NCBI GenBank assembly: GCA_965183885.1
Contig: OZ238992.1
Span: forward strand, 2,049,548 to 2,113,547
DNA length: 64,000 nt
Source: Flavobacteriales bacterium
Lineage (GTDB): Bacteria; Bacteroidota; Bacteroidia; Flavobacteriales; BACL11
Reading direction: 5' to 3'
Shown: positions 10,021-19,068 of the stretch, in pieces
Layout: each line of letters opens with the position of its first letter
Numbering within the stretch: the stretch's first letter is position 1
The notes under the pieces: generated by a model
Database searches by the model: none
What the model was told of the DNA's origin: nothing
What the model saw: the letters and a program-made list of their open reading frames with translations, nothing else
Made by a program: the position numbers and the translations under genes

Positions 10021-10105
10021 CGGAGAGAGAGGGATTCGAACCCCCGGTACATTGCTGTACAATGGTTTTCAAGACCACCGCATTCGACCACTCTGCCATC
10101 TCTCC
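10021..10105 (-). tRNA. tRNA-Ser (anticodon TGA), 85 nt, CCA not encoded
   Basis: Minus strand GGAGAGATGGCAGAGTGGTCGAATGCGGTGGTCTTGAAAACCATTGTACAGCAATGTACCGGGGGTTCGAATCCCTCTCTCTCCG: acceptor stem, long variable arm, GTTCGAATC T-loop. Confidence 0.97.
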
Positions 10106-10322
10106 GATTGCGGACTGCAAAAATAGAAATATTTTCAAATTACAAACACTTTTATAATCTTTTTTAAAGGAATAAATTATCCTAATAAATAAGTTTTTCT
10201 TACAGACTTAATTTACAATATTTTAGGTGAAAAAATAAATAACTATACTCCTGTAAAATTATCTCTTTTAATTCTACAAACAGATACTATTGATAACTAA
10301 TAGAAATTATATATTTGCCAAA

Positions 10323-11180
10323 ATGATTACTAAGCTACTCTATTATACCATACTCCTGCCGATTTCTTATCTGCCCTACTCTATTTTATACTATATCTCT
10401 GATTTTCTATTTATAGTTATTTATCAATTATTAGGCTACCGTAAAGCAGTTGTTTTCTCAAATTTAAGTAACTCTTTCCCTGATAAGACAACAGCAGAGC
10501 TAAAAGAAATAATGGCTGATTTTTACCGCCATTTATGCGATTTAATTGTAGAGAGCGTTAAAGGGTTTACTATAAGCAAAAAACAACTTAAAAAAAGACT
10601 AGTAGTATTAAATCCTGAGTTTACTAATAAATATGCTAAGGAAGGAAAAGATGTTATTTTTGTAGGAGGACATTATAACAATTGGGAAATTTATGCTCAA
10701 GGTTTTGCAATGTATTCTACTCATAAATGCATAGGAATTTACAAGCCTTTATCTAATGTCTTTTTTAATACTAAGATGTCAAAATCCAGATCAAAATTTG
10801 GAACACATCTAGTGCCTATGCGTCAAACAAAAAAGATATTTTCAGAACAAGGAAAACCTAAGGCACTTGTTTTTGGTTCGGACCAAAACCCTGCAAATCC
10901 TAAAAGAGCATATTGGATGCAGTTTTTAAACCAAGATACTGGAGTGTTATTTGGAGTTGAGAAATATGCTAAAGAATACGATTGGCCAGTGATATACATT
11001 AGTATTAATAAAGTAAAAAGAGGGCATTATACTGTTGAATATTCTCTAATTACCGATAATCCTACCACTGAGCCTTATGGTAAAATTACAGAAGATTATA
11101 CCAAGGTATTAGAACAGCAAATTATTAATGAGCCTAAATATTGGCTTTGGTCACACAAACGATGGAAGCACAAAAGATAA
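10323..11180 (+). CDS. Lipid A biosynthesis (LpxL/HtrB-type) lysophospholipid acyltransferase
   Basis: GGHYNNWE (HxxxE), IYKPLSN, SDQNP, FLNQDT...GVEKYA, YWLWSHKRWK; ATG at 10323 directly follows a TATATTTG element. Confidence 0.85.
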   Translation: MITKLLYYTILLPISYLPYSILYYISDFLFIVIYQLLGYRKAVVFSNLSNSFPDKTTAELKEIMADFYRHLCDLIVESVKGFTISKKQLKKRLVVLNPEFTNKYAKEGKDVIFVGGHYNNWEIYAQGFAMYSTHKCIGIYKPLSNVFFNTKMSKSRSKFGTHLVPMRQTKKIFSEQGKPKALVFGSDQNPANPKRAYWMQFLNQDTGVLFGVEKYAKEYDWPVIYISINKVKRGHYTVEYSLITDNPTTEPYGKITEDYTKVLEQQIINEPKYWLWSHKRWKHKR

Positions 11181-12178
11181 AAATAGCTGTTGTTGTTTTG
11201 AATTGGAATGGAAAAGCATGGTTAGCACAATTCTTACCTACTTTAACAAAACACTCTGATGAGGCTACTGTATTTGTTGCAGATAACGCTTCTACTGATG
11301 ATTCCGTAGCTTTTGTACAAAGTCATTTTCCTAGTGTTAAAGTTATTGTAAATAAAACTAATGGTGGTTATGCCAAAGGTTATAATGAGGCTTTAAAGCA
11401 AATAAATGCTGAGTACTTTGTGCTGATTAACTCAGATATTGAAGTAAGTAAAAATTGGCTCTCTCCTATTATTAGTTTGATGGATGCTGATGCTAAAATT
11501 GCTGCTTGTCAACCTAAGATACTAGATTATAACAATAAAAATGCTTTTGAATATGCTGGAGCTAGTGGTGGTTTTATTGACAATCTAGGTTATCCTTTTT
11601 GCCGAGGAAGAATATTTGATGATTTAGAACAAGATAAAGGACAGTATAATGATGTTACAGAAATATTCTGGGCTACAGGTGCTTGTCTTTTTGTACGTGC
11701 TGCTCATTTCCTAGAGGTTGGTGGCTTGGATGAAGACTTTTTTGCCCACCAAGAGGAAATTGACCTCTGTTGGCGTTTAAAGAATAAAGGTTATAAAGTA
11801 ATGGTACAGCCAGAATCAGTAGTCTATCATGTTGGTGGTGGTACTCTTAATGCCTCCTCTCCTTTTAAAACACACTTAAACTTTAGGAACAACCTGTTTA
11901 TGTTGTTTAAGAATTTACCTGCTACTACTCTATTACTAACAATACCTATGCGCTTGGTTTTAGATGGTGTAGCTGCGCTTACACTACTAAGTAAGCCTAA
12001 AGGAGTACAGCATTTAATTGCTGTAGCAAAAGCACACTTTGCTTTTTATTTTGAAATACCAAAACTAATTAGCAAACGCCAAAAGATTAAACAACAACAT
12101 AATTTGCTTGGAAAAGTAAATTATTCTATTCTGTTAAAGAATAAAATTAAAGGGATAAAGAGATTTTCTGAGTTGTAG
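11162..12178 (+). CDS. Glycosyltransferase family 2
   Basis: VVVLNWNG, ADNASTDDS, NGGYAKGYN, LINSDIEV, WATGACLFVR, HQEEIDLCWRL, YHVGGGTL. Confidence 0.92.
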   Translation: MEAQKIKIAVVVLNWNGKAWLAQFLPTLTKHSDEATVFVADNASTDDSVAFVQSHFPSVKVIVNKTNGGYAKGYNEALKQINAEYFVLINSDIEVSKNWLSPIISLMDADAKIAACQPKILDYNNKNAFEYAGASGGFIDNLGYPFCRGRIFDDLEQDKGQYNDVTEIFWATGACLFVRAAHFLEVGGLDEDFFAHQEEIDLCWRLKNKGYKVMVQPESVVYHVGGGTLNASSPFKTHLNFRNNLFMLFKNLPATTLLLTIPMRLVLDGVAALTLLSKPKGVQHLIAVAKAHFAFYFEIPKLISKRQKIKQQHNLLGKVNYSILLKNKIKGIKRFSEL

Positions 12179-12184
12179 AAAAGA

Positions 12185-12216
12185 TGTCATCCTGAACGAA
12201 TGTGAATGGATCTACA
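12185..12216 (+). repeat. REP-like imperfect palindrome (left inverted repeat)
   Basis: TGTCATCCTGAACGAATGTGAATGGATCTACA; stem ATCC/GGAT. Confidence 0.75.
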
Positions 12217-12536
12217 AATTCTTTATTTCCAATTCCTCAATAGTATCATTTAAAAATTTCCAATCTTTATTAAAAGATGAGATTAAGTCTATTTTTCTTT
12301 CTCTTTTCCAACCTTTAATTTGTTTTTCTCTTGCTATTGCTTGGTTAATATTTTCAAATCTCTCAAAGAATAAAAGATAGTAGCAAGAATATCTTCCAGC
12401 AAAATGTTTTTGTTCACCAAGAGCATCTTCTCTATGCTGATGTAATCTAACAACTAAGTCATTCGTAACTCCAGTATATAAAACAGATTTGCTTTTATTG
12501 GTTAATGATATAAATAAAGTAATTATGGTCTTTCAT
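12212..12536 (-). pseudogene. GIY-YIG nuclease family gene with a +1 frameshift near 12506
   Basis: Removing one base gives MKDHNYFIYILTNKSKSVLYTGVTNDLVVRLHQHRE...FAGRY..YYLLFFERFENINQAIAREKQIKGWKRERKIDLI..FNKDW...KNL* (107 aa); absent from the ORF track. Confidence 0.88.
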
Positions 12537-12544
12537 ATTTTATC

Positions 12545-12574
12545 TGTAGATTCTTCATCTCATTCAGAATGACA
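12545..12574 (-). repeat. REP-like imperfect palindrome (right inverted repeat)
   Basis: Reverse complement TGTCATTCTGAATGAGATGAAGAATCTACA; stem ATTCT/AGAAT. Confidence 0.75.
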
Positions 12575-12580
12575 ATAAAA

Positions 12581-12880
12581 CTATTTAATTAAGTCTGTTA
12601 CTAGCGTTGTATTAAGCAGTATATAAGCTAAAATAAAAACAACAAAAAAAGTAATTGAAAGTAACCTTATTGACTTTATTTGTTTCTTTTTATTATCAAA
12701 AAACAATTTTTCTCTAATTTTTAATAATTGCTCTGGAGTTGCTTTTTTAATATCTGTTTTCTCTGAGTCAAAAGTATTTTTATAGGTTTTTCTTATCTCA
12801 GATAATGATTTTTTACCTCGAAGTAAACTCCTGTTCACTTTCAAACTCCTAATCATATCTGCTGCATGTCCTGACCCCAT
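12581..12880 (-). CDS. Hypothetical protein with C-terminal transmembrane helix
   Basis: 99 aa, basic N-terminus (MGSGHAADMIRSLKVNRSLL), one hydrophobic segment; begins 2 nt after the aroQ stop. Confidence 0.7.
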   Translation of the reverse strand: MGSGHAADMIRSLKVNRSLLRGKKSLSEIRKTYKNTFDSEKTDIKKATPEQLLKIREKLFFDNKKKQIKSIRLLSITFFVVFILAYILLNTTLVTDLIK

Positions 12881-12881
12881 T

Positions 12882-13298
12882 TTATTGTTTTAAAGTACTT
12901 AAAGCTGCCTTATAAGAATGAAGCCCAAATCCACAAACCACGGCTTTACAATTAGGAGATAATAATGATTTTTGTCTAAATTCTTCTCTAGTGTAAATGT
13001 TAGAGATATGTACTTCTATAACTGGTGTTTCAATAGCAGCTACAGCATCTGTTAAGGCTACTGAGGTATGTGTGTAGCCTCCAGCATTTAATAGTATGTA
13101 GTTGTAAGAGAAACCTACTTCATGCAATTTATTAATGAGCTCCCCTTCTACATTGCTCTGAAAGTATTCAATATTAAGATTTGAGAATTCAGCTTGTAAA
13201 TCCTTCAAATAATCATCAAAAGAAATATTGCCATAGATAGCCTCTTCTCTTTTCCCTAATAAGTTTAAATTTGGACCGTTAATAATCATTACCTTCAT
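12882..13298 (-). CDS. aroQ: Type II 3-dehydroquinate dehydratase
   Basis: IINGPNLNLLGKRE..IYG, FQSNVEGEL, NAGGYTHTSVAL.DA, EVHISN..REEFR; ATG at 13298. Confidence 0.95.
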   Translation of the reverse strand: MKVMIINGPNLNLLGKREEAIYGNISFDDYLKDLQAEFSNLNIEYFQSNVEGELINKLHEVGFSYNYILLNAGGYTHTSVALTDAVAAIETPVIEVHISNIYTREEFRQKSLLSPNCKAVVCGFGLHSYKAALSTLKQ

Positions 13299-13316
13299 AA
13301 GAGCAAATCTACATAA

Positions 13317-14210
13317 ATGAGTTGGGAAACATCTATAAAAGGCTTTAAATCTTACTTGCAAATTGAACGATCGCTTTCTGATAACTCAGTACAAGCTTAC
13401 ATTCGTGATGTAAAGAAGTTTGCTAATTATGCTATTCCCTTAAATCTTTCCGAACTAGAAATTACTAGAGATGATGTTAGTAATTTCCTTACAGCAATAA
13501 AGGATAATGATATTTCGGCACGCTCACAGGCTCGTATTATTTCAGGCTTAAAAGCTTTTTATAAATACTTAATAATTGAAGATTATTTAAAACATGATCC
13601 TACTGAGCTTATTGAAAGCCCTAAAGTAGGATTAAAATTACCTGACACATTATCTTTAGTTGAAATAGACCAATTAATAGCTGCTGTCGATTTAAGCAAC
13701 AAGCAAGGAGAGCGTAACAGAGCTATCTTAGAAACACTATACAGTTGTGGGCTTAGGGTAAGTGAACTCATTAACTTACAGCTCTCTAATGTGCATTTTA
13801 AAGAGGGTTACTTAAAGGTAATTGGTAAAGGAGATAAAGAACGCCTTGCTCCTATTGGTGGTAGAGCAATTAAATATTTAACCATTTATATTAATGAGGT
13901 TCGTAACCATCAAGATATAAAAAAAGGACATGAAGATTTTGTATTCTTAAATAATAGAGGAGCACAATTAACTAGAGTAATGATATTTATAATCATTCAG
14001 AAATTAGCTGAAGAAATTGGTTTAAAAAAGAAAATTAGTCCTCATACTTTTAGACATAGTTTTGCTACCCATTTAATTGAGGGAGGTGCCGATTTGCGTG
14101 CTGTGCAGGAAATGCTGGGGCACGAAAGTATTACCACTACAGAAATCTATACGCACTTAGATAAAGAGTATTTAAGGAGCAATATCATTCAATTTCACCC
14201 TAGATCATAA
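13317..14210 (+). CDS. xerD: Chromosomal tyrosine recombinase XerD
   Basis: RNRAILETLYSCGLRVSEL, GKGDKERLAP, SPHTFRHSFATHLIEGGADLRAVQEMLGHESITTTEIYTH. Confidence 0.85.
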   Translation: MSWETSIKGFKSYLQIERSLSDNSVQAYIRDVKKFANYAIPLNLSELEITRDDVSNFLTAIKDNDISARSQARIISGLKAFYKYLIIEDYLKHDPTELIESPKVGLKLPDTLSLVEIDQLIAAVDLSNKQGERNRAILETLYSCGLRVSELINLQLSNVHFKEGYLKVIGKGDKERLAPIGGRAIKYLTIYINEVRNHQDIKKGHEDFVFLNNRGAQLTRVMIFIIIQKLAEEIGLKKKISPHTFRHSFATHLIEGGADLRAVQEMLGHESITTTEIYTHLDKEYLRSNIIQFHPRS

Positions 14211-14213
14211 TTT

Positions 14214-15383
14214 ATGATGAGTATAAAACATAATATATTTAAAATGCACCTTCTTAAGGGGGTAATGTGGTTTATGGTGGCTATGCCTATCATTGTCTTG
14301 TTTTTTCAAGAGAATGGGCTTAGTTTAACTGAGGTAATGCTTTTACAAGCACTCTACTCCTTATCAGTTGCAGTCTTTGAAATTCCATCGGGTTATATTG
14401 CTGATTTGTTTGGCAGAAGACAAACTATAGTACTCAGTACTATTTTCTCTTTTATGGGCTATTTGGTATTTTCATTTTATGGTGGTTTTTATGCTTTAGC
14501 TTTTGCTCAAGTTTTAGTAGGTATAGGTGGTAGTTTAATGTCGGGTGCAGACAGTGCCTTGTTATACGATACTTTACTAGAGACTGGAGATAAAAGTACC
14601 TATACTAAAATTGAGGGTAAAAACTATGCTATTGGTAATTTTTCTGAGGCAACTGCTGGTATATTGGGTGGGTTCTTAGCAGTAAGTTCTATTTACTTAC
14701 CTATTTATGTGCAGACCGCTATTTTATTCTTTAGTATTCCTATTGCCTTTAGTTTGGTAGAGCCTAGTGTACATCAGGAGAATAAGATGGAACGCTCTTT
14801 TAAAGCAGTTTTTGGAGTAGTAAAGTTTGCTATGGTAGAGCATAAGAAACTAAGATGGCTTATTATTTATTCCTCTGCAATGGGAGTAGCTACACTTTCT
14901 ATGGCTTGGTTTGCACAGCCCTTTTTTAAGAGCATAGATATCCCTTTAGCTTATTTTGGTTTGCTATGGGCAGGACTTAATTTCTCAGCAGGCTTAACTT
15001 CCTTTAATTCTCATAGAATTGATAAAAAAGAAAATAATCATAAGACACTAATATACTTGTCGTTAGCAATGTTTACCTCATTTTTATTTTTAGGGTTTAA
15101 TAATTCTATTTTTGGTTTAATATTTATTGTTTTTATCTACCTTCTAAGAGGGTTTTTAACGCCATTACTTCGTAATTATATTAACATTAATACTACTTCA
15201 GATAGGCGTGCTACTGTGCTTTCTATACGAAGTTTTATCATTAGAATATCCTTTGCAATTACAGCTCCAGTATTAGGTTATATAGCCGATAATTATTCTT
15301 TAGCGAACTCATTTTACTTACTAGCAGTTGTTGTTGGTTTATTTTCAGTCTTAGCCTCTTATAAACTTTACAAATTAGATTAA
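14214..15383 (+). CDS. MFS transporter
   Basis: FEIPSGYIADLFGRR motif A, SGADSALLYDTL, RATVLSIRS; 12 hydrophobic segments. Confidence 0.9.
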   Translation: MMSIKHNIFKMHLLKGVMWFMVAMPIIVLFFQENGLSLTEVMLLQALYSLSVAVFEIPSGYIADLFGRRQTIVLSTIFSFMGYLVFSFYGGFYALAFAQVLVGIGGSLMSGADSALLYDTLLETGDKSTYTKIEGKNYAIGNFSEATAGILGGFLAVSSIYLPIYVQTAILFFSIPIAFSLVEPSVHQENKMERSFKAVFGVVKFAMVEHKKLRWLIIYSSAMGVATLSMAWFAQPFFKSIDIPLAYFGLLWAGLNFSAGLTSFNSHRIDKKENNHKTLIYLSLAMFTSFLFLGFNNSIFGLIFIVFIYLLRGFLTPLLRNYININTTSDRRATVLSIRSFIIRISFAITAPVLGYIADNYSLANSFYLLAVVVGLFSVLASYKLYKLD

Positions 15384-15400
15384 AATCATATTTTTGCACA

Positions 15401-15709
15401 ATGAACAGACTTAAAGAAAAATGGGGAATCACTTCTAATTTCCAGATTATAATCATCTTACTTGTATTCTCAATTACGGGTTCTATTGCAGTAATTATTG
15501 CAAAACCAGTATTGGATTTAATTGGGTTAGATAAAGAAGCTCTATCTCCTTGGGTATTCTGGCCTATCCGTATTTTTATCATTTTCCCAATTTATCAGGT
15601 ATTAATTGTAATTATTGGAGCATTATTTGGTCAATTCAAATTTTTCTGGGCTTTTGAAAAGAAAATGCTCTCTCGCCTGGGATTTAAACGCTTTAAGGAT
15701 AAAGAATAG
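15401..15709 (+). CDS. DUF6787-like Bacteroidota membrane protein
   Basis: LKEKWGITSNFQ...VFSITGS...PIYQVL..IIG.LFGQFKFFWAFEKKML.R. Confidence 0.7.
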   Translation: MNRLKEKWGITSNFQIIIILLVFSITGSIAVIIAKPVLDLIGLDKEALSPWVFWPIRIFIIFPIYQVLIVIIGALFGQFKFFWAFEKKMLSRLGFKRFKDKE

Positions 15710-15753
15710 AATCCTTTTCTTATTTTTGGCAACCTTTTAACTAAATTACTCAG

Positions 15754-16521
15754 ATGAAATTAATTATATCTTTAGCAACTCGCCTTATTCCTAGGCATTA
15801 TTTACAACATGTAAGCCATTTCTTTTTACAGATTTTTTCTTTGTTTATGAGAGGAAATAAATTTGAAGATCCTATAAATGGTAAAACATATCGTAAGTTA
15901 TTACCTTATGGAAGAATGAGTTCTAGAGAAAACGCTATTGCTCCTGACAGTATGAGTTTAGAGCGTCACAGGTTAATGTGGTTATTTATGAAAAAGAAAA
16001 CTAATTTCTTTACTGATGACTTAAAGTTCTTACATGTAGCTCCTGAGTATTGTTTCATTAACATCTTTAAAAAGATGAAAAACCTAGATTATACTACTGG
16101 AGATTTAATTTCACCTTGGGCTGATGTTAAGATGGATGTACATGATATTCCTTTTGATGAAAATTCTTTTGATGTAGTAATTTGTAATCATGTATTGGAG
16201 CATGTTGAAGACGACCATAAGGTAATGACTGAATTCTATAGAGTTATGAAACCTGGAGGTTGGGGGATTTTTCAAGTTCCTATCGATACTAATAACCCAA
16301 ATACAGAGGAAGATAAAAGTATAATTGACCCTAAGGAAAGAGAACGCTTATACTGGCAAGATGATCATGTTCGCTTATATGGACTTGATTATGGTAAGAA
16401 ACTTGCAGCAGCAGGCTTTAAAGTAACTGAGAGCGACTTTATAAACGAGCTTTCCCCCGAATTGGTTGAGCGTTATGCTTTACCTAAAGGAGAAATTATT
16501 TATTTCTGCCAAAAACAATAA
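15754..16521 (+). CDS. Class I SAM-dependent methyltransferase
   Basis: SLERHRLMWL, LHVAPE, DVVICNHVLEHVEDD, RVMKPGG, QDDHVRLYG. Confidence 0.85.
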   Translation: MKLIISLATRLIPRHYLQHVSHFFLQIFSLFMRGNKFEDPINGKTYRKLLPYGRMSSRENAIAPDSMSLERHRLMWLFMKKKTNFFTDDLKFLHVAPEYCFINIFKKMKNLDYTTGDLISPWADVKMDVHDIPFDENSFDVVICNHVLEHVEDDHKVMTEFYRVMKPGGWGIFQVPIDTNNPNTEEDKSIIDPKERERLYWQDDHVRLYGLDYGKKLAAAGFKVTESDFINELSPELVERYALPKGEIIYFCQKQ

Positions 16522-16527
16522 GGTAAT

Positions 16528-17040
16528 ATGTCCGAACTTAAATCCTTATTAGAGCTTCGTACAATGAACTATAAAGAGGATTTACTTGCTTTTATCAATA
16601 AAGATGAAGTAAATTACAATCAGGCACTTGAACTATGCTTGATTAATAACCAACCCTATTCCTGGCGTATGGCTTGGATATTCTGCCATGCTACCAAAAA
16701 AAATGACGCGCGTTTAAAAGGAAGATTATTAGAAATAATAAAAGCTATTCCTAATAAAAAAGACGGACAACAAAGAGAGCTTTTAAAGGTTGTAATGAAA
16801 ATGGAGCCTTTAGCTGAAGAACTTGAAGGCCATTTCTTTGATGTATGCATGCAATTATGGGAAGATATAAACAAGCAACCTGCTGTACGCTATTATGCTG
16901 GTTGTTGTATTATTAATACTGCACACAAATACCCAGATATAAAAAATGAGTTAGATTATTTATTTGGAGATTATTATACCAAAACCCTCTCTCCTGGTAT
17001 TAAGCGCTCGTTTGACAAACGTTTAAAGAAATTAGGGTAA
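16528..17040 (+). CDS. Conserved hypothetical helical-repeat protein
   Basis: SWRMAWIFCH, FFDVCMQLW, PAVRYYA, SPGIK; looks like a Bacteroidota ARM-like family; function unknown. Confidence 0.6.
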   Translation: MSELKSLLELRTMNYKEDLLAFINKDEVNYNQALELCLINNQPYSWRMAWIFCHATKKNDARLKGRLLEIIKAIPNKKDGQQRELLKVVMKMEPLAEELEGHFFDVCMQLWEDINKQPAVRYYAGCCIINTAHKYPDIKNELDYLFGDYYTKTLSPGIKRSFDKRLKKLG

Positions 17041-17065
17041 ATATTTTTTTCATAAGTTTACAGCT

Positions 17066-18457
17066 ATGAAAAAATACTCTTTACTACTTGCATTCTTATT
17101 ACTTACAATTGTAAGTTTTGGGCAAACCCCACTAATTTCTGCTACTTCTAAAGCAATAACTATTAAGGACGGTAATAGATTAAGAACAGGATATTGGAGG
17201 CTTGTTCCTAGTGCTAATCCTGATATTTACAAAACAAGTGTTGAAACTACCAAAATAGTTACTTTCTATACTGATATTGATTCTATCTCTTTTACAGTTG
17301 AACCTGAAAGAAAATATGATTTTATTATTTTACTAAATGATAAGGATAGCTGCCATACCCAAATTAGTACTGTAGATGAAAAACTAAAAATTGATTATGC
17401 ACCTTATAGAGTGGACACCTCAAATATAAAGATAAGAGAAATATTAAATACTTACCAAGATTATTATTGGGTTAAACAAGATCGTAGAAATCCAACTAAC
17501 TGGAATAAATATGAGGTTGATAAAAGTATGATTTATGATGATAGTTATCAGCATTTAATCATGAATGTGATAGAAGGAAATGAAAGTCGTTATAAATTAT
17601 TTATTATGTCAATTGATTCAATTTATAATTCTGAAAAATATCAGGTTAAAGCTTTTCTTTCTCAAAAGAATGGACCAGAAAGTAAAGGGTTTTCAATTTC
17701 ATTAATACATAAAATAACAGCTTACTTCGAAAATAATAAAGTGGTTTTTGAGAATAATAGCGTTGAAATGGCAAAAGATTGGGAAAAGGCCAATTATGGT
17801 ATTATAAATTACACATACCATCCTTCTTATAAATTTGATGTTGAATTAGCAAAAAAAGCAAATAATTTTATTGACTCTATTTGTTCATTGCTCAAAGTAA
17901 ATACACCAACTAAACCTATAGAATATACTTTAGTAAGAGATTTCAATGAGTTTACAAATTTACTAGGGTTTGAATATTATTCATATCAATTTACATCTGG
18001 GGTTGCAAATACTGACCAATCTAGTATAAAAAGTATGAAAGGACCTTTTCATGCCCACGAACTCGTTCATTTAGCAACTAAATTTAGTTGTGATTTTATT
18101 TTATTTGAAGGAATAGCTACTTTTTTAGGAACCAAACTAGTAGATAAAGAATTTTATAAGTTTGGATTAAATAGGTTTAGAGAATATATCAAATCTTCTG
18201 ATAAAGAAATAAGGTATTATTTTGAGAACCCAATTTCAAATAATTACAAATATGATTTAGGATCATATATATTTGAATTTATAGAATCTAAATATGGAAT
18301 AGATAAGGTAATTTATCTTTTAAACTTAGATACTAAAAAAGAATACACTCTACTAGAAGGAATAGCAAAAACTACTGGTTTGTCTGAGGAAGAATTTCTT
18401 AAAGAATTTGAGCCTTTTATTCTTAATTTTGATATTGAGAATATAAAGCCTAATTAA
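17066..18457 (+). CDS. Exported putative zinc metallopeptidase (HExxH...E)
   Basis: Signal peptide; HAHELVH at aa 329-335 followed by EGIATF. Confidence 0.6.
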   Translation: MKKYSLLLAFLLLTIVSFGQTPLISATSKAITIKDGNRLRTGYWRLVPSANPDIYKTSVETTKIVTFYTDIDSISFTVEPERKYDFIILLNDKDSCHTQISTVDEKLKIDYAPYRVDTSNIKIREILNTYQDYYWVKQDRRNPTNWNKYEVDKSMIYDDSYQHLIMNVIEGNESRYKLFIMSIDSIYNSEKYQVKAFLSQKNGPESKGFSISLIHKITAYFENNKVVFENNSVEMAKDWEKANYGIINYTYHPSYKFDVELAKKANNFIDSICSLLKVNTPTKPIEYTLVRDFNEFTNLLGFEYYSYQFTSGVANTDQSSIKSMKGPFHAHELVHLATKFSCDFILFEGIATFLGTKLVDKEFYKFGLNRFREYIKSSDKEIRYYFENPISNNYKYDLGSYIFEFIESKYGIDKVIYLLNLDTKKEYTLLEGIAKTTGLSEEEFLKEFEPFILNFDIENIKPN

Positions 18458-19068
18458 TAAGAAATATAAATTACCTTTTTAGTTTCAAAGAATTCTTCAT
18501 CAAAAAAAGTTGCTATATCATACTTTGTATGAGATATTCCTCTTAGCTCTTCTGTTAAATCTCCTCCTTTTAAATAAAGAATACCGTTCTTTAAGCTATT
18601 ATTATGTTTTTTACTAAACTTACCCTTAACCCACTTTTTAAAGTCTGTCATATTAGTAACAGCACGACTTACTACAAAATCAAAAGTTTCATTAATGTTT
18701 TCAGCTCTTTGATGCATTGTACGTATATTCTTAAGTCCTAGAGCACTGCTTACCTCATTTACTACCTTTATTTTTTTACCAATACTATCTACCAGTAAAA
18801 AATCAACTTCAGGAAATAATATCGCCAATGGAATACCAGGAAAACCTCCCCCAGTACCAATATCTAATATCTTTGTTCCTTTTTCAAATTGAATAGTTTT
18901 AGCAATAGCTAAAGAGTGCAATACATGATTAGTATATAGTGCATCCATATTTTTACGAGAGATAACATTTATCTGTGCATTCCAATGCTCGTAAAGTTCT
19001 TGTAGTTGAGTAAATTGTTTTTCCTGTTCTGAAGTTAAATTAGGAAAGTATTTTTGTATCAGTTGCAT
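18454..19068 (-). CDS. rsmG: 16S rRNA m7G527 methyltransferase
   Basis: WNAQINVISRK, HVLHSL, LDIGTGGGFPGIPLAI, DSIGKK, FDFVVSRAV, LYLKG. Confidence 0.95.
   Translation of the reverse strand: MQLIQKYFPNLTSEQEKQFTQLQELYEHWNAQINVISRKNMDALYTNHVLHSLAIAKTIQFEKGTKILDIGTGGGFPGIPLAILFPEVDFLLVDSIGKKIKVVNEVSSALGLKNIRTMHQRAENINETFDFVVSRAVTNMTDFKKWVKGKFSKKHNNSLKNGILYLKGGDLTEELRGISHTKYDIATFFDEEFFETKKVIYISY

Larger units (their letters stand above)
12185..12574. mobile_element. Candidate REP-flanked GIY-YIG mini-element (390 bp)
   Basis: Single nuclease gene bounded exactly by two related inverted hairpin repeats; no target-site duplication seen. Confidence 0.55.

Noticed and set aside
10021-10105. tRNA with TGA in the anticodon loop and a long variable arm as a possible selenocysteine tRNA
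   Set aside because: The anticodon TGA reads UCA (Ser); tRNA-Sec has anticodon TCA and a longer acceptor stem.
12500-12515. Programmed ribosomal frameshift explaining the GIY-YIG frame break
   Set aside because: No recognisable slippery heptamer or stimulatory structure; a single-base insertion (mutation or assembly error) is simpler.
13317-14210. Tyrosine recombinase as the integrase of a mobile element
   Set aside because: Length, N-terminus and context (aroQ, MFS) match chromosomal XerD; no att sites or phage/ICE genes nearby.
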